Notes under the pieces: model-generated
What the model was told of the DNA's origin: nothing
Databases searched by the model: none
Seen by the model: the letters and a program-made list of their open reading frames with translations, nothing else
Assembly: GCF_032191835.1 (NCBI RefSeq)
Contig: NC_083229.1
Span: 13,950,001 to 14,014,000 of the forward strand
DNA from: Heteronotia binoei
Taxonomy: Eukaryota
Direction of reading: 5' to 3'
Length of the DNA: 64,000 bases
Program-made: the position numbers and the translations under genes
In this document: positions 59,642 to 64,000 of the stretch, in pieces
Layout: each line of letters opens with the position of its first letter
Numbering within the stretch: the stretch's first letter is position 1

Positions 59642-60577
59642 ATGACCAATTTCAGCAAGATAACCCTGACTCCTGTGGAAGATGGACCACCTTATGGTGA
59701 TATGTACAATACCAGCTCCAATGACAGCCCAGAGGTCTTTGGAAATATTATTGCTGTCCTCACATCATGCATTTGCATCATTGGACTTGTGGGGAATGGA
59801 ATTGTCATCTGCCTTCTTGGTTTCTACATTAAAAGGAGCCCTTTCATGACATACATCCTGAACTTGGCTGTCACTGACTTTGGGGTCCTTCTGTTTTTTG
59901 CTCTGACTTTTATTTCATCACTAACCCATGTAGAAAGCTTACTTACAATAGCTGTCATGACTGCAACATTCATGTATAATACTAGTCAATATCTATTGAC
60001 CGCCATCAGCATTGACAGGTGTGTGTCTGTCCTCTTCCCCATCTGGCATCGATGCCACCGGCCGCCAAACCTGTCCACCATTGTGTGTGCCTTAATATGG
60101 GTTCTCTCCTTCCTCACATCAGGAATTATAGGAATCCTCAGCTATTTTGAGCACATTCAGACAGACTGGATAACTTACTCTCCCTTTCTTGCAGGTACTG
60201 TTATTTGCCTCACTCTTGTCAGTATCTCCACCATGATTCTGTTGTTCAAAGTATTCTATAAATCCCAGCGGCGTCGGAGAGGAAGGCTTTTAACCATTGT
60301 CTTACTCACTCTCCTTTTCTTCCTAATCTTTGCCTTTCCCCTGAACGCTATGGTGACACTCAGTTTTTTTACTCCTTTGGAATATGGGTATTTAATATTG
60401 TGTGGCTTCTTGTGTGCCTGTCTGAATAGCTGTGTCAACCCATTGATCTATTATGTGGTTGGGAGAAAGAAGAGGGTTCCACAAAGGCAGAGCCTGAAGG
60501 TCATACTCCAAAGGGCTTTCGAGGAGAAGGAAGAGCCTAGAGAGGAACGGGGCACCACAGCTCAGACATCACTCTGA
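59642..60577 (+). CDS. Mas-related GPCR (MRGPR-like), intact, 311 aa
   Basis: Acceptor at 59605; ATG 36 nt into the exon (MTNFSKITLTPVEDGPP); 7TM with SIDRCVSVLFPIW, CACLNSCVNPLIYY and SLKVILQRAFEE. Confidence 0.94.
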   Translation: MTNFSKITLTPVEDGPPYGDMYNTSSNDSPEVFGNIIAVLTSCICIIGLVGNGIVICLLGFYIKRSPFMTYILNLAVTDFGVLLFFALTFISSLTHVESLLTIAVMTATFMYNTSQYLLTAISIDRCVSVLFPIWHRCHRPPNLSTIVCALIWVLSFLTSGIIGILSYFEHIQTDWITYSPFLAGTVICLTLVSISTMILLFKVFYKSQRRRRGRLLTIVLLTLLFFLIFAFPLNAMVTLSFFTPLEYGYLILCGFLCACLNSCVNPLIYYVVGRKKRVPQRQSLKVILQRAFEEKEEPREERGTTAQTSL

Positions 60578-62236
60578 GACCTTCACAATAGCCAAATGCT
60601 TCCTCCTTTGCCAATCAAGTTGTAGATGTGAAGATTCTACATAATGAACATACGAAGCTGCCTTATACTGAATCAGACCCTTGGTCTATCAAAGTCAGTA
60701 TTGTCTCCTCAGACTGGCAGCGGCTCTCCAGGGTCTCAAGCTGAGGTTTTCCACACCTATTTGCCTGAACCATTTTCTGGAGATGCCAGGGATTGAACCT
60801 GGGACCTTCTGCTTCCCAAGCAGATGCTCTACCACTGAGCCACTGTCCCTCCCTTTTTTAAAGCATTGGTCACCTAGTTTTAGGTTGATGTGAGGTTAGG
60901 AAATATTCCTGATCTATAAATTGACCCTTTGTTGCTTTTGACGAAGGATCATGACATGTTCCAGGCTGTGTGGGTAGCAAGTGACCCCAAAATTTCCTCC
61001 CTGCCAGGTGTTACGAATCCCAGAACTACTTCTATTCACTGGGGCATATCAAGCCAGAGGTAGAGTGAGGATCTGTCTTGCACAAAGCCAGTAAATTATG
61101 ACCAGGCTGTTTAATCCACTCCAGTTTTGATCCCAGACTGGCCCAGCGAAAGCTTTAACGTTGGGGGGAAAGCCTCTAACTCTGGAGTTAGCAATCAGAA
61201 TTTGAGCATCAGAAATTGCCGCACCGGCTGATACTTGTGCGTTCTAGTGACTGCTGAACTCAGTCCACCCTGCCCCCTAACCACAAGCAGCTGTAAATAC
61301 AGGAAAGCAACCCTTAATATTGAAAGAAAAGGTTCATTCAGGGGGGGGGGGGGCAGCTTGTCCAAACCGATTTTTATGGCAGAAAGATCTTTCCCACCAG
61401 ATGACTTCTACTGCATTTGACCCTGCATGTCAGTCAGTCACTGTTTATCATAACAGTCATAGCCCAGGTAAGAAGCACAGATCAGGCAGTAATAAAAAGT
61501 ACAAATCTGTCAAAGGTATACTACTAAAATACATGTCCATATAATACAACTCCATTGGGCGCAAAACCTAGCTGTCACTCTAGCGATTGCTGGTATTTCA
61601 AAAACCAGCAGTTTCCCCAGAGATATCTAATCTGTTAACACTGATATCTGTTTGGGGAGGGATGGTGGCTCAGTGGTAGAGCATCTGCTTGGGAAGCAGA
61701 AGGTCCCAGGTTCAATCCCTGGCATCTCCAAAAAAGGGTCCAGGCAAATAGGTGTGAAAAACCTCAGCTTGAGACCCTGGAGAGCCGCTGCCAGTCTGAG
61801 AAGACAATACTGACTTTGATGGGCCAAGGGTTTGATTCAGTATAAGGCAGCTTCATATGTTCAACACCTTAGACTGTTCCAAAATAGGGAGAATTGTCTT
61901 GTCCCTAACTTCCTTATAGAGGGGACAACGAATACGAATATGTTCGAGTGTTTCCACCTCACCAATGGACCCTGCATGGTATTACAGAGTGAGGAGAAGC
62001 ATGGATTGCTGCTTTTCTTAATCAATGTAACTGTTTTGATGGCATTGGGTGAACTTGTGGGATCAGATGAAGGAGCCTAGAAATTGGTGTGTTGATGAGA
62101 ACATGCTACATCAATTTTGACAATTGAGTTTAGATTGCCACCTTGGAGCCAGGACCTTAGATTTCATCTCATTTGGAGGACTGATCATCAAAGACATGAA
62201 GACGACCTGCTGCATCCTGCCATCATGGAGAGCACT

Positions 62237-62775
62237 TCATAATCATAGAATCATAGAGTTGGAAGGGACCTCCAGGGTCATCTAGTCCAACCCCCTGCAC
62301 AATGCAGTAAACTCACAAATACCTCCCCCTGAATTCACAGGATCTTCATCGCTTTCAGATGGCCATCTAGCCTCTGTTGAAAAACCTCTAAGAAAGGAGA
62401 GCCCACCACCTCCCGAGGAAGCCTGTTCCACTGAGGAACCGCTCTGTCAGTAAGTTCTTCCTAATGTTGAGTAGGAAACTCTTTTAATTTAGCCAGAAAC
62501 TCTTTTTATTTAATTTCAACCCATTGGTTCTGGTCCTACCTTCTGGGGCCACAGAAAACAATTCCACACCATCCTCTATAGAACAGCCCTTCAAGCAGTT
62601 GAAGATGGTGATCATATCACCTCTCAGCCGCCTCCTCTCCAGGCTAAACATCCCCAGCTCCTTCAACCTTTCCTCATAGGACTTGGTCTCCAGACCCCTC
62701 ACCACCTTCGTTGCTGTCCTCTGGACCCATTCCAACTTGTCTATATCCTTCTTAAAATGTGGTGCCCAAAACTGA
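62237..62775 (-). mobile_element. 5'-truncated CR1 (second subfamily, (ATTCTATG)n-type tail)
   Basis: ORF 62484-62735 is a CR1 C-terminus; tail AATCATAGAATCATAGAG; a sibling fragment lies at ~20385-20480. Confidence 0.88.
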
Positions 62776-63057
62776 ACTAGTGTTTTATAGTTGTTTTAAT
62801 GGCTTTATTGTTTTAGCTGATGGCAGTTGGCCTTGTAAGCTGCCCTGAACCTGCTCTGGTAGGGAGGGTGGGATAGAAACAAACAAATAATCAGGTTCCC
62901 TTTGGCAGTTTACGTCCACAATTCTATACAGAAGTACTTTTTTTTGAACCCTAGCCTGAAATGTCTTTAGAAGTGTTCCAGAACTGACTACTGACTGTGG
63001 AGAATGCCAAAAGTTCCCAAGATACAAGTGCACATCGAAGAAAATCAGTCTCATGAT

Positions 63058-63250
63058 CAATGTTCCCTCTAAGCTGAATTAGTGTGAGCTAGTTCAGTTT
63101 TTTAGCCTCCAGCTCACACATTTTTTGTCTTAATTCAGGAAAAATGGCCCCAGGACAAACTAATTGATGCAGAAGCTCACCATTTTAATGCAGGTCACTC
63201 ACAAAGTAGAATTTTTGCCCAGAAGACTCCATAGTTTAGAGGGAACATTG
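63058..63250. mobile_element. 193-bp hAT-like MITE
   Basis: TIR CAATGTTCCCTCTA/TAGAGGGAACATTG; TSD CTCATGAT/CTCGTGAT; the paralogous site near 46185 is empty. Confidence 0.85.
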
Positions 63251-63741
63251 CTCGTGATGGATAAGAAAAGCTCTTGTTTTGGCTCACTGGGACATGTTAT
63301 GGGTCTGGCGTGTCCTGTCTCTTGGGAGCCAAAGTAAACCATGAATAAGGGAACAATTAAGTTCATGCCTCAGTCTCCACCTCTAGGCAGTGGGTGTCAA
63401 GCATGGTAGAATTCCATTGGTAATTGATTGTTTTAGGGTCCTCCATAAAGCTAGCCTGTGAAATATCATGAAGGACCAAGGTCTGTTAACTCTGTTATTC
63501 TTTCCCCCTCCCCCTTCTTGCTTTATTGCTTGCAAATTAGAAGTAGAGAGAAACAAAACTAACTTGAGAAAGAGTAATCAGTACCTTCCCATACATTCCT
63601 GTTAGGGAGTGTGGCACATCTAGGGAAAGCAAGGACGGAGTCCTGATAACAGCATGAGAATGTAGACATTTATGTTGTAATAGATGTTGTAAGCCGCCCT
63701 GAGTCCGCTTGCAGAGAGGGCGGGATATAAATGGAAAGTAA

Positions 63742-63772
<31 letters not shown>

Positions 63773-64000
63773 ATTATGATAGTTTATGTGTGAGAGCGCA
63801 TCCCTCGCCCCCACCTTTTGGAATCCTTTTGAAGTATGCCTTAAAAGTATTGTATCAATGTATCTTTAGTATCACTCTCAAGAATCTGTTACACTGAAAG
63901 TATCGGTCTATTAATAAACGTAATTTTGTATCAAACTTGACTCGTCATTGAAACCGCATGCTTGACAGTGGGGTGCCACAATATCTGCCCAAAGCAAATG

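Noticed and set aside
36890-60577. Assigning specific symbols (MRGPRH, MRGPRD, MAS1)
   Set aside because: Family is clear but orthology cannot be established without a phylogeny.

Overview
Vertebrate genomic DNA, almost certainly squamate and probably gecko (inferred from Sauria/Squam-type SINEs, BovB and CR1 content), with three assembly gaps. The backbone is a tandem, birth-and-death array of Mas-related GPCR (MRGPR-like) genes. Each unit is a ~245-nt non-coding exon plus one coding exon. The + strand carries four units: two intact (36890-37858, 59642-60577), one that has lost its start codon (44328-45218) and one transposon-disrupted pseudogene (22060-25555). The - strand carries a multi-hit pseudogene (3082-3729) and several very degenerate receptor relics that the ORF track does not show as such. 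The array is heavily invaded by mobile DNA: hAT-type elements with 8-bp TSDs (one splits TM1 of a receptor, another supplies a receptor's stop codon), a very young Neptune-like Penelope element, a 300-bp inverted Penelope pLTR with two intact minimal hammerhead ribozyme cores, solo LTRs, a Gypsy gag remnant, BovB/RTE/CR1 LINE fragments, palindromic MITEs and many SINEs, several in tandem multimers. All alignments were done by eye; no database searches were run.
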